Both the position numbers and the translations under genes were made by a program. Shown piece by piece: positions 21,574 to 28,378 of a stretch of 64,000 bases of DNA; the stretch's first letter is position 1; every line of letters begins with the position of its first letter. The notes under the pieces were generated by a model. It made no database searches and was not told the origin of the DNA. It worked only from the letters and a program-made list of their open reading frames with translations. Source of the stretch: Klebsiella phage KpLz-2_45; sequence record MN871446.1; one strand, given 5' to 3'.

Positions 21574-21680
21574 GACTTGGTCTCTCTTTTATCTTGAGCT
21601 GAGTGTTTTCATACGGGTTTGCAGTAACTGCGGAAAACAGATTTAATCTTTGCATCCCGATAAAAATAGTAAGTGCGTTC

Positions 21681-21881
21681 TTAGCGAACATAATTCCTCC
21701 TTTGGTTTAATTCTGTTCTGGTCGGTTTTTCAGCATCGATAGGTTCTAGCCAAAAATGTTTACATTCCCTACATTCCCAAGTTATTTCATTGTCGTCCTC
21801 ATCGTATACTTGAGAGCAGTGCATAGCTTGGCACATAGGGCAATCCATCCCGGTCCACTGGAACGTCATGGTTTTGCACAC
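21681..21881 (-). CDS. small zinc-ribbon protein
   Basis: CPMC...C..C...CREC cysteine pairs in 66 aa. Confidence 0.4.
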   Translation of the reverse strand: MCKTMTFQWTGMDCPMCQAMHCSQVYDEDDNEITWECRECKHFWLEPIDAEKPTRTELNQRRNYVR

Positions 21882-22342
21882 AGGTATTTGGTCTGCTCCA
21901 GGAAACCCTGAGACTCATAGAATTTCTGGGCAGTGGTGTTGTACAGGTGGACGGACAAACTAACTTGATCAACGGCTAAATGCTTTGCGAACATCCTAAC
22001 CTGATTCAGTAATGCTTTACCGTAACCATTACGACGGTATAGGCGTTTAACGTAAAGATAACTGATCGACATCCAGTTAATGCTGCCATTAGCGATAGGG
22101 TGCGTATACTCAACAAACCCTACGACATTCTCTTTATCCACTACCAGAAGAATGTTAGTTTGGTCAGTCCAACGATCAACGAGTCTTTCTGTTTTTAACT
22201 CGTTAGTAAGGATGTCGAGATTACTTCTCGATTTCCATAAAGTCGCTTCATTTTTATCCATGACATGAAACATGTCTAAAAGTTCTTTTTCATACTTGAT
22301 AGCTTCCGGATCTTCAGGACCCAGTAATAAAACAAATTCCAT
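21866..22342 (-). CDS. GNAT family N-acetyltransferase
   Basis: RRNGYGKALL acetyl-CoA-binding motif; about 158 aa. Confidence 0.6.
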   Translation of the reverse strand: MEFVLLLGPEDPEAIKYEKELLDMFHVMDKNEATLWKSRSNLDILTNELKTERLVDRWTDQTNILLVVDKENVVGFVEYTHPIANGSINWMSISYLYVKRLYRRNGYGKALLNQVRMFAKHLAVDQVSLSVHLYNTTAQKFYESQGFLEQTKYLCAKP

Positions 22343-22539
22343 AGTTTCTCTCCTGAATTGATGGCATAAAGGGAAGAGCTTCCGCCCTCCCCTTAGCCCG
22401 ATTATTTGAATGTCTCACGACAAGCAAAGTCGTATTGTTGCCACGCTGATTTCTCAGACGAAGCTACCGCGCTGGCATCGCGATTCGGTTAACAGGTGGT
22501 GCTGTTTACATAATAACAGGTCACCGCTGTTAATTTAAA

Positions 22540-22692
22540 TTAGCTGCCCAGTTTATCGCTAACCTTGTCTTTCACTTCGTTAAATTTTTCCGCTACTTTG
22601 TCCAGCGCCGGATCCATTTTAGCTTTGTGTTTACGATAAACAAAGATCGCAATAATTGCAACTACTACTACACCGAGAATAGTACCGATCAT
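22540..22692 (-). CDS. small membrane protein (50 aa)
   Basis: ATG at 22692; one hydrophobic TM segment then a K/D-rich tail; below the 60 aa cutoff of the ORF table. Confidence 0.3.
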   Translation of the reverse strand: MIGTILGVVVVAIIAIFVYRKHKAKMDPALDKVAEKFNEVKDKVSDKLGS

Positions 22693-22752
22693 CTTTTTGC
22701 GCCTTCAATTGATGAAAAAGAAAATGTATGGTTCATAAAATTAACAGCATAA

Positions 22753-22777
22753 AGAGAGGGTCTTTCGACCCTCTCTC
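22753..22777. terminator. hairpin
   Basis: agagagggtc-tttc-gaccctctct 10 bp stem. Confidence 0.4.
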
Positions 22778-23815
22778 GTACTGACTAATAGTCAAAAGGA
22801 TCTCAGTGTTTAGCTCATAGATGACTTATCGCACATCATCCTTTTCATGTTAAGGTCGCCACCGAAACATGTTTATTCTCGGCTATACGAGTTAGCTTAA
22901 TTTCCAGATTTTTAATACCCGATCCCTTCTACGTTGGAGAAATGGATCGAATAGGGTGACGCCCCCGGACATTTTTGCCGGCTCCTTGCACCTCTTTCGC
23001 CGGAATCCCCGGCTGAGGTCTATGGTCTATGGCCGCCTATTTTCGCTCTAAGGCGTAGGCCGCCGAAATTGACAGGCGTCATAATTAGTACCCCTCGGCC
23101 GATTCCGCGGCGCGTTTAACCGGCGGGTCGCCGAAGTCTTTGTCTCACGAGAGTTACCAATAAGTTATTGCTTATTGGACAAATCATTCGGATACGATTC
23201 CGAACTCCCTTCCTACCGAGCCTCTACTACCGAGCAGGAGTCGAACCTGCACTCTCTGTAAACAATATCACTTGACTAGAGCAGTATTGTAAAGGTTACG
23301 TGGACTTTAAAAGTGTAGAATGGGTATCAGTTAATTTGTTGCGGCCGCATACCGGTAACTGACTTCTTCTACTAGCGCCACCACTGACTCCGGTGTCTCG
23401 CCTAGTGGCGTTGTGCGACCCATTAACTCGCACTCTCTCTTTTAAGTCCAACTTTGGTTGATAGGTACCGAATCGAACGGCTATCTCAGGCTCCCATGTT
23501 AAGGCGCCCCTCGTATGAGAGGGGGCCTAATGCCCGCGCTTTACCTTTAAGCTAGCCTATCATTGAATAGGTTCCCTAGCACTCAATGAGTATCATCTAC
23601 ACCAGCAGCGCCCGGTGTTTAGCCGAGATGCAATTATGCTTAAATGGGTCGTATTTAACGGCTCATTTATTCGTCGATGATTTACGTAGGGATAACAAGG
23701 AGACATCCCCCTCAGCACGCCGAGGTCAACTTTTTCCTTAGGTCAAGATTAACTCTCCGCAACATTAAGTCGCCTGGTTAACCCCTGCCTTTAGTCTAAG
23801 CAAGATGTCATTATT

Positions 23816-23905
23816 TGGCAGAGAGTGAGAGATTCGAACTCTCGGTACCCTTTCGGATACACTCCCTTAGCAGGGGAGCGACTTAAACCGCTCATCCAAC
23901 TCTCT
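23816..23905 (-). tRNA. tRNA-Ser (anticodon GCU), class II with long variable arm, CCA encoded
   Basis: Acceptor AGAGAGT/ACTCTCT; anticodon arm CTCCC-CTGCTAA-GGGAG; long V-arm; T-arm GAGAG-TTCGAAT-CTCTC. Confidence 0.8.
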
Positions 23906-23912
23906 ATTAAAA

Positions 23913-23989
23913 TGGCGACTCTTCCAGGACTTGAACCTGGGACCTACAGCTTAACAGGCTGCCGTTCTAACCAACTGAACTAAAGAGTC
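23913..23989 (-). tRNA. tRNA-Asn (anticodon GUU)
   Basis: GACTCTT-TA-GTTC-AGTTGGTTA-GAAC; anticodon loop CTGTTAA; T-arm CCAGG-TTCAAGT-CCTGG; CCA encoded. Confidence 0.85.
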
Positions 23990-23995
23990 ATTATT

Positions 23996-24070
23996 TGGCG
24001 GTGCTACGGAGAATCGAACTCCGGTCTCCTCCGTGACAGGGAGGTATCCTTTCCGCTAGACGATAGCACC
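23996..24070 (-). tRNA. tRNA-Asp (anticodon GUC)
   Basis: GGTGCTA acceptor; anticodon arm CCTCC-CTGTCAC-GGAGG; T-arm CGGAG-TTCGATT-CTCCG; CCA encoded. Confidence 0.85.
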
Positions 24071-24077
24071 TTTTGTT

Positions 24078-24179
24078 TGGTTGTTCCCTTCCGGATTTGA
24101 ACCGGCAACCTCCTGCTAAGCAGTGGGCGGCGCAGTGGCCGCCGATGCAGGCGCTCTACCTAGTTGAGCTACGAGAACA
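24078..24179 (-). tRNA. tRNA-like gene with a 23-30 nt GC-hairpin insertion in the anticodon arm (intron-containing tRNA or pseudogene)
   Basis: Canonical D-arm GCTC-AACTAGGTA-GAGC and T-loop TTCAAAT; anticodon stem CCTGC/GCAGG encloses 30 nt including hairpin GGCGGC-CACTGC-GCCGCC and a direct repeat CCACTGC; acceptor has one mismatch. Confidence 0.4.
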
Positions 24180-24186
24180 TTGAATC

Positions 24187-24262
24187 TGGAGCAAGCAGCG
24201 AGGTTCGAACTCGCGACCTATGACTTGGAAGGACATCGCTCTACCAACTGAGCTATACTTGC
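24187..24262 (-). tRNA. tRNA-Gly (anticodon UCC)
   Basis: GCAAGTA-TA-GCTC-AGTTGGTA-GAGC; anticodon loop CTTCCAA; T-arm GCGAG-TTCGAAC-CTCGC; CCA encoded. Confidence 0.85.
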
Positions 24263-24340
24263 TTTGAATTTCGTTCATAAGATGATGAAATTACTTAATT
24301 TTTGATCCGCGCACCAGTATTCTCGTTAACCAACGGGGAA

Positions 24341-24796
24341 TTATATCTTTGGTTTCTTATTAGCCTTTTTACAGGCAGCTCTGTAACCGACCGTATCAAA
24401 AATACCATTGATGGAATGTTTAATGATTATACCCTGAGAAAGTCCGGTAAATAACGCGGCATCTCTAATCGTGTCATAGATCCACCCATCAATAACCCAA
24501 CAAGTTCTCCGTTTCACGTCGGCGTAATAATGAACTTCTTTACTATCATGATAATTATCACGATCCGTACCAATAGACAAATGCTCAGGATTACAGCAAC
24601 GGGTGTTATGGCAAGAATGTCTTACTACTTTACCAATTGGCACTGGCCCATAAACTGTAGTGAAGACAAATTTATGAGTTGTCCAATATTTACCGTTCCG
24701 TGTAAACTGGCCGTAACCAGCGCTATTGCAAGATTTATTCCAATTCCAGCAACCGGTTACTTTATCTACCGTTGTATTTTCTTTAATAAATTCCAT
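24341..24796 (-). CDS. HNH homing endonuclease
   Basis: GCWNWNKSCNSAGYGQF and HSCHNTRCCNPEHL motifs typical of phage HNH endonucleases; embedded between tRNA genes. Confidence 0.7.
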   Translation of the reverse strand: MEFIKENTTVDKVTGCWNWNKSCNSAGYGQFTRNGKYWTTHKFVFTTVYGPVPIGKVVRHSCHNTRCCNPEHLSIGTDRDNYHDSKEVHYYADVKRRTCWVIDGWIYDTIRDAALFTGLSQGIIIKHSINGIFDTVGYRAACKKANKKPKI

Positions 24797-24894
24797 GTGT
24801 TTATAATCTCTTTCTGTTAATTGTTTATCAACAGAGTGATATATATTTTAAGGAATTTTGGTTGCTCTATCCTGCTGAGCTAAGAGGACGTAGA

Positions 24895-24979
24895 TGGTGC
24901 CCAGGGCGGGGCTCGAACCCGCACGCGATAAAGCGAGGGATTTTAAATCCCTTGTGTCTGCCGATTTCACCACCTGGGC
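24895..24979 (-). tRNA. tRNA-Leu (anticodon UAA), class II
   Basis: GCCCAGG acceptor; 3 bp D-stem; anticodon arm AGGGA-TTTAAAA-TCCCT; long variable arm; T-arm GCGGG-TTCGAGC-CCCGC; CCA encoded. Confidence 0.8.
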
Positions 24980-24984
24980 AAATA

Positions 24985-25060
24985 TGGTGGGTCCAGCAGG
25001 TTTTGAACCTGCGACCAAGCGATTATGAGTCGCCTGCTCTAACCACTGAGCTATGGACCC
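24985..25060 (-). tRNA. tRNA-Ile (anticodon CAU, lysidine type) or Met-elongator
   Basis: Anticodon arm GGCGA-CTCATAA-TCGCT and D-arm identical to E. coli ileX (tRNA-Ile2); T-arm GCAGG-TTCAAAA-CCTGC. Confidence 0.75.
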
Positions 25061-25111
25061 GAAAACGATGTTTTATTAAGAGCACATAAATGTACCCTTT
25101 GTAAAATACCG

Positions 25112-25276
25112 TCAGCTCGATTGTTTCTTTTTCTTTCTGAAAGCAAGCTGCACATAAACGGCAATTGCACCAGCAAGAATAATAAGCAGGACAATATCAA
25201 TCAATACGCCTGCCATTCGAAACAACACCAAAAAGATGACGGCCAGTAATATTAACCAGCCGATCTTTTTCAGCAT
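25112..25276 (-). CDS. small hydrophobic membrane protein (54 aa)
   Basis: MLKKIGWLILLAVIFLVLF... two TM-like segments and a KKKK tail; below the ORF-table size cutoff. Confidence 0.3.
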   Translation of the reverse strand: MLKKIGWLILLAVIFLVLFRMAGVLIDIVLLIILAGAIAVYVQLAFRKKKKQSS

Positions 25277-25279
25277 AAC

Positions 25280-26137
25280 TTATTTTCCCGACGCTGTACC
25301 CTGAACGCGCGCAGAGTTCTTCAGAAGAATTGTAGAGGCATCTTCAAGGAACTGGTCGCTGTCGCCTGAGGTATTCGCTACCACCAGGGTTTTAGTGCAA
25401 GGGACTTTTACTGTCGAATTGAAAAGGATGCCCGAGTCGGTTGTTGCTTTTTCGATCGTGTACACCGCTTTACCGTTCGGCAGTTTTGCATCAGCATTCC
25501 AGGAGTTGAAATCAATGATCTCGAGTCCCGAGTCTTTTTGCATGACTGCGTCCAGGAATTTATTATTCCGGTCGGGTGCAGAAACCCAAAGGAACGCGTC
25601 GTATTCGCCAGTATTCACTTTAGCCAGGGAACGGATACCGCCTTTGGCATACGTTTCAACTTTCGCGTAGTTTTTCTCCAATGTCTGGAGATACTGCCAC
25701 GAAGCGTAAGATCCAGAGGTAGGTTCGCCCACAGCGATCTTCGTACCTTCTTTTAAATCACCTTTACTGGTGACCTTACCGTCTTTCTTGACGGCGACAA
25801 AGACGCACTCGCTGGCCAATTCGCCAATGATATCAACGTTCTGTGCTTCATTGGCATGACGCGAACGCCAGAACTGATAGGCATCAGCTTGGGTAAACCC
25901 GATAGTGGCTTCTCCCGAGGCTACACGATCAAGGTTATCGAGTGAGCCTTTAGAAGGGACAACCGAGGTCTGGTAACCGTACTCACCCAGAGCACTGGCT
26001 AAGTTTACACCATAAATGGCGTTATAGGTTAAACCTTGTTGACCGGTGGTAATAACAATTTTGCCATCGGCCGCGGATACGCCAGCACTCATGCAAAGTA
26101 ACGCTACCGAAATCACGGCAAAAGCAAGTTTCTTCAT
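25280..26137 (-). CDS. periplasmic substrate-binding protein (PBP fold) with signal peptide
   Basis: MKKLAFAVISVALLCMSAGVSA signal peptide at the internal Met (tabulated ORF extends to 26227); mature domain about 260 aa with SBP-like composition. Confidence 0.5.
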   Translation of the reverse strand: MKKLAFAVISVALLCMSAGVSAADGKIVITTGQQGLTYNAIYGVNLASALGEYGYQTSVVPSKGSLDNLDRVASGEATIGFTQADAYQFWRSRHANEAQNVDIIGELASECVFVAVKKDGKVTSKGDLKEGTKIAVGEPTSGSYASWQYLQTLEKNYAKVETYAKGGIRSLAKVNTGEYDAFLWVSAPDRNNKFLDAVMQKDSGLEIIDFNSWNADAKLPNGKAVYTIEKATTDSGILFNSTVKVPCTKTLVVANTSGDSDQFLEDASTILLKNSARVQGTASGK

Positions 26138-26248
26138 TTGCATTCCCTTTAAGGAAAGTATGGGTGTCAAGCGGCATAACCGCCACAGTGAATTTGAGAG
26201 GCTGACAAGTTGGCCCAACATGTGCATTAATCATGTCACGGAATAAAG

Positions 26249-26467
26249 AGGCGCCTTTGTTTCGTGCTACCTGTAAGGGTTTAAGATTAAGTTAGTTGCA
26301 AGTCAGCCCCTCAAAAGGGGCGATGACATCTACAAACTTTCAGCTTTCCTATCTTTGGATTCCGGGCCACAGTAGGAGTAAGTTGAATTATGCCGATTTA
26401 AGGTCAGCCTTATCTGTAGATGTCATCTATTGTAAAAAGACAGGCGCCTGAATTAGCTAGGCGCCTG
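26249..26467. promoter_or_regulatory. regulatory region with repeats upstream of the substrate-binding-protein gene
   Basis: 12 bp inverted repeat ATGACATCTACA (26324..26335) / TGTAGATGTCAT (26416..26427); direct repeat AGGCGCCTG at 26442 and 26459 plus AGGCGCC at 26249. Confidence 0.35.
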
Positions 26468-26672
26468 CGTCGGTGAAGAAGTGTCGTCGTCTCTCCATTC
26501 ATGGAAAGAACCTTGAAAAAGGAATCACCTGTTTATCTTACCAGCCAGCCCGCATTGAGATAAAAGAGTTGTTGTGATTCCCTTGGCGTTCATTCGCAAC
26601 GACAGGGGTTTACTACCGTGAAAAGGAACCTGAAGGTTGGGTTCATAAATGACTGACCAGAGTATTTTTTGA

Positions 26673-26828
26673 TCAATTCGAGTCTTCAGGTAAAGGAGTT
26701 TGCTGGAAATCATCCGACCCGCAGTTCTTACAAAGTAGTGGTTTATCTTGCAGTTTAAATTCCTTTAACTGCTTATCTGTTGGGGAGGTCAAGCAATTTT
26801 TGCATTCGTATTCGTGATGCTTTTTCAT
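26673..26828 (-). CDS. small zinc-ribbon protein (start at internal Met)
   Basis: Strong RBS AAGGAGGG before the ATG at 26828; CKNC...CKNC cysteine pairs. Confidence 0.45.
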   Translation of the reverse strand: MKKHHEYECKNCLTSPTDKQLKEFKLQDKPLLCKNCGSDDFQQTPLPEDSN

Positions 26829-26851
26829 AACCTGTCCCTCCTTGAAGGGAA

Positions 26852-27739
26852 TTAAATAAAGTTCCACTCTGCCCATTCTGGTCGTTTAGAATAGCAACGG
26901 GCGTAAACTTCTCTCGGTTGAATAGATTCTCCCTGAGAGCATTTGAAAGCGTTTTGGTACTCTTTCTTACCTACTTTCACTCTTCGCTTGTAATCCGGGT
27001 TATTCGGATTTTTACTTTTTGGCTTCTGACGAGACTCGGCGAATTTATCACGCCAAACCGGTTTGGTTTTTCTTTCCTGTCCGTAGTCGTCGCTCTGATC
27101 TTCAGTAACCGTAGGGTAACCTTGACGAGTGTCTTTCCACCACATAGAGAAACCTTTTGAAACTGCCCAGCATTTCTCATGGTCGTTCACTAACAAGAAT
27201 CGTGACGCCAGTAAATTGATAGGGGTAGCATCAAAAGCGTTCTGAAGGACTTTGCTACTATGGATACCCAGGCGAAGAAATTCTTCTGTTTGTACTACTG
27301 CGTGCCTTGGCATTCGACTGACTTCACTATAGTACACCGCGGAGTCTTTCGGATGGTAAACTACAACGCCCTCTATCGTCTTATCATTAACGTCGGGAAT
27401 CTTCAATCCGTTAATGATAGTCCAATCCGGGAAATGTTTAGGGTCACGATTTGCAAAGTGTAACCAAACCGTGTCATCTTTCCATTCTGCTTTTTGTAAC
27501 CCGTAACCCATCCGAACCTTAAAGAATTCCTCTTCGTGCTCTTTGAGAAAGCGTTCGTAGAGATCTTTGAAGATAGGGATCAATTCTACCGGTTTACGTG
27601 AAACAAATTGTTGCACCGACCATTCCAATAGGCAATGGGAGAGAATCATCCAATCGCTATTCTCATTAGCCAGTGTAGTCATTGATTTACGGAGCCTATG
27701 GCTCAACGTCAAAATAATGACAACGGTTGAGTTATCCAT
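26852..27739 (-). CDS. hypothetical protein
   Basis: 295 aa ORF with RBS GAGGAA. Confidence 0.5.
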   Translation of the reverse strand: MDNSTVVIILTLSHRLRKSMTTLANENSDWMILSHCLLEWSVQQFVSRKPVELIPIFKDLYERFLKEHEEEFFKVRMGYGLQKAEWKDDTVWLHFANRDPKHFPDWTIINGLKIPDVNDKTIEGVVVYHPKDSAVYYSEVSRMPRHAVVQTEEFLRLGIHSSKVLQNAFDATPINLLASRFLLVNDHEKCWAVSKGFSMWWKDTRQGYPTVTEDQSDDYGQERKTKPVWRDKFAESRQKPKSKNPNNPDYKRRVKVGKKEYQNAFKCSQGESIQPREVYARCYSKRPEWAEWNFI

Positions 27740-27785
27740 AAATTCCTCAATTAAAAAGTGTCTTCTACATTAAAACGGTTTACCG

Positions 27786-27826
27786 TAAAAAAGCATAGGA
27801 GAGAGGAGGGAATTCCCTCCTCTCTC
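27786..27826 (-). terminator. rho-independent terminator ending the tRNA-like cluster transcript
   Basis: GGAGAGAGGAGGG-AATT-CCCTCCTCTCTC stem followed by T6 on the minus strand. Confidence 0.6.
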
Positions 27827-27992
27827 GATTAATTCATTTATCAAAAAGTGATCTCTTTGAAAAAGAAACTTTTGTGGTAAGAAGGGCGGAGGTAAGGATA
27901 TAACCATCCCCAACACCGCCCATAGCCATTCAGCTATAAACAGAATTTAGCGCGACCTATCTAAGAATAAGATTGGAAGTTTTATTTTATAA

Positions 27993-28023
27993 TCTAGTGC
28001 TCTACCGGCTGAGCTATCTGCCT
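27993..28023 (-). other. tRNA 5' half Y (acceptor 5' strand, D-arm, anticodon-stem 5' strand), downstream member of a permuted pair
   Basis: AGGCAGA-TA-GCTC-AGCCGGTA-GAGC-A-CTAGA; followed by a degenerate vestigial 3' part (CTTAG ATAGGTC GCGC TAAATTC). Confidence 0.45.
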
Positions 28024-28050
28024 CCAAGAAACACTCTGTGAATGTGTCCA

Positions 28051-28087
28051 GGTAGGCAGAGCGGAATTCGAATCCGCGACCTCTAGA
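28051..28087 (-). other. tRNA 3' half Y (anticodon-stem 3' strand, V-loop, T-arm, acceptor 3' strand), upstream member of a permuted pair
   Basis: TCTAG-AGGTC-GCGGA-TTCGAAT-TCCGC-TCTGCCT-A-CC; acceptor 7/7 and anticodon stem 5/5 complementary to 5' half Y, which lies 27 nt downstream. Confidence 0.45.
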
Positions 28088-28210
28088 ATTCTTTCCGTAA
28101 AAGAAAGAAAGTTCAGTCCGCTATTTTACTGTTTACTCTTTATCTTTAAGCGTGTGAGGCGATAAGATAAAGTTAACACTAACCATCTGGGTCGCATTAT
28201 GGGTGCATTG

Positions 28211-28242
28211 ATGACTGCGTCTACCAATTCCGCCATTCTCCC
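28211..28242 (-). other. tRNA 5' half X (Leu-type D-arm), downstream member of a permuted pair
   Basis: GGGAGAA-TG-GCGG-AATTGGTAGA-CGC-A-GTCAT(CA); followed by a degenerate 3'-half remnant (TGCACCCAT..ATGCGACCC). Confidence 0.45.
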
Positions 28243-28248
28243 ATAGTT

Positions 28249-28287
28249 TGGTGGGAGAAGAAAGAGTCGAACTTCCAGTGGGGTCAT
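28249..28287 (-). other. tRNA 3' half X (anticodon-stem 3' strand, V-loop, T-arm, acceptor 3' strand, CCA encoded)
   Basis: (TG)ATGAC-CCCACT-GGAAG-TTCGACT-CTTTC-TTCTCCC-A-CCA; acceptor 7/7 and anticodon stem 7/7 complementary to 5' half X, 6 nt downstream. Confidence 0.45.
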
Positions 28288-28378
28288 CACACCTGCAACA
28301 CGGACTAACAATAAAGATAAGGTTGGCCTCAATCTTTATTATCAATGGGCACTCGTGAGAATACCCATTACTAACACA

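Noticed and set aside
23371-23393. Possible plus-strand tRNA 3' end (ACTAGCGCC-A-CCA)
   Set aside because: No T-arm or D-arm upstream on the plus strand; judged a chance CCA.
22800-23815. tmRNA or RNase P RNA hypothesis for the ORF-free region
   Set aside because: No tRNA-like domain with paired 5'/3' ends and ACCA tail (tmRNA) and no recognisable P4 pseudoknot consensus were seen by eye. It is left as an unknown structured region (reported in the findings) rather than called.
24862-25089. 75 aa plus-strand ORF
   Set aside because: It is a read-through translation across the two minus-strand tRNA genes (Leu and Ile); no RBS; the sequence is explained by the tRNAs.
28126-28345. Two overlapping 68-70 aa minus-strand ORFs
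   Set aside because: They lie entirely within the tRNA-like half-gene cluster. The sequence is better explained as structured RNA genes.
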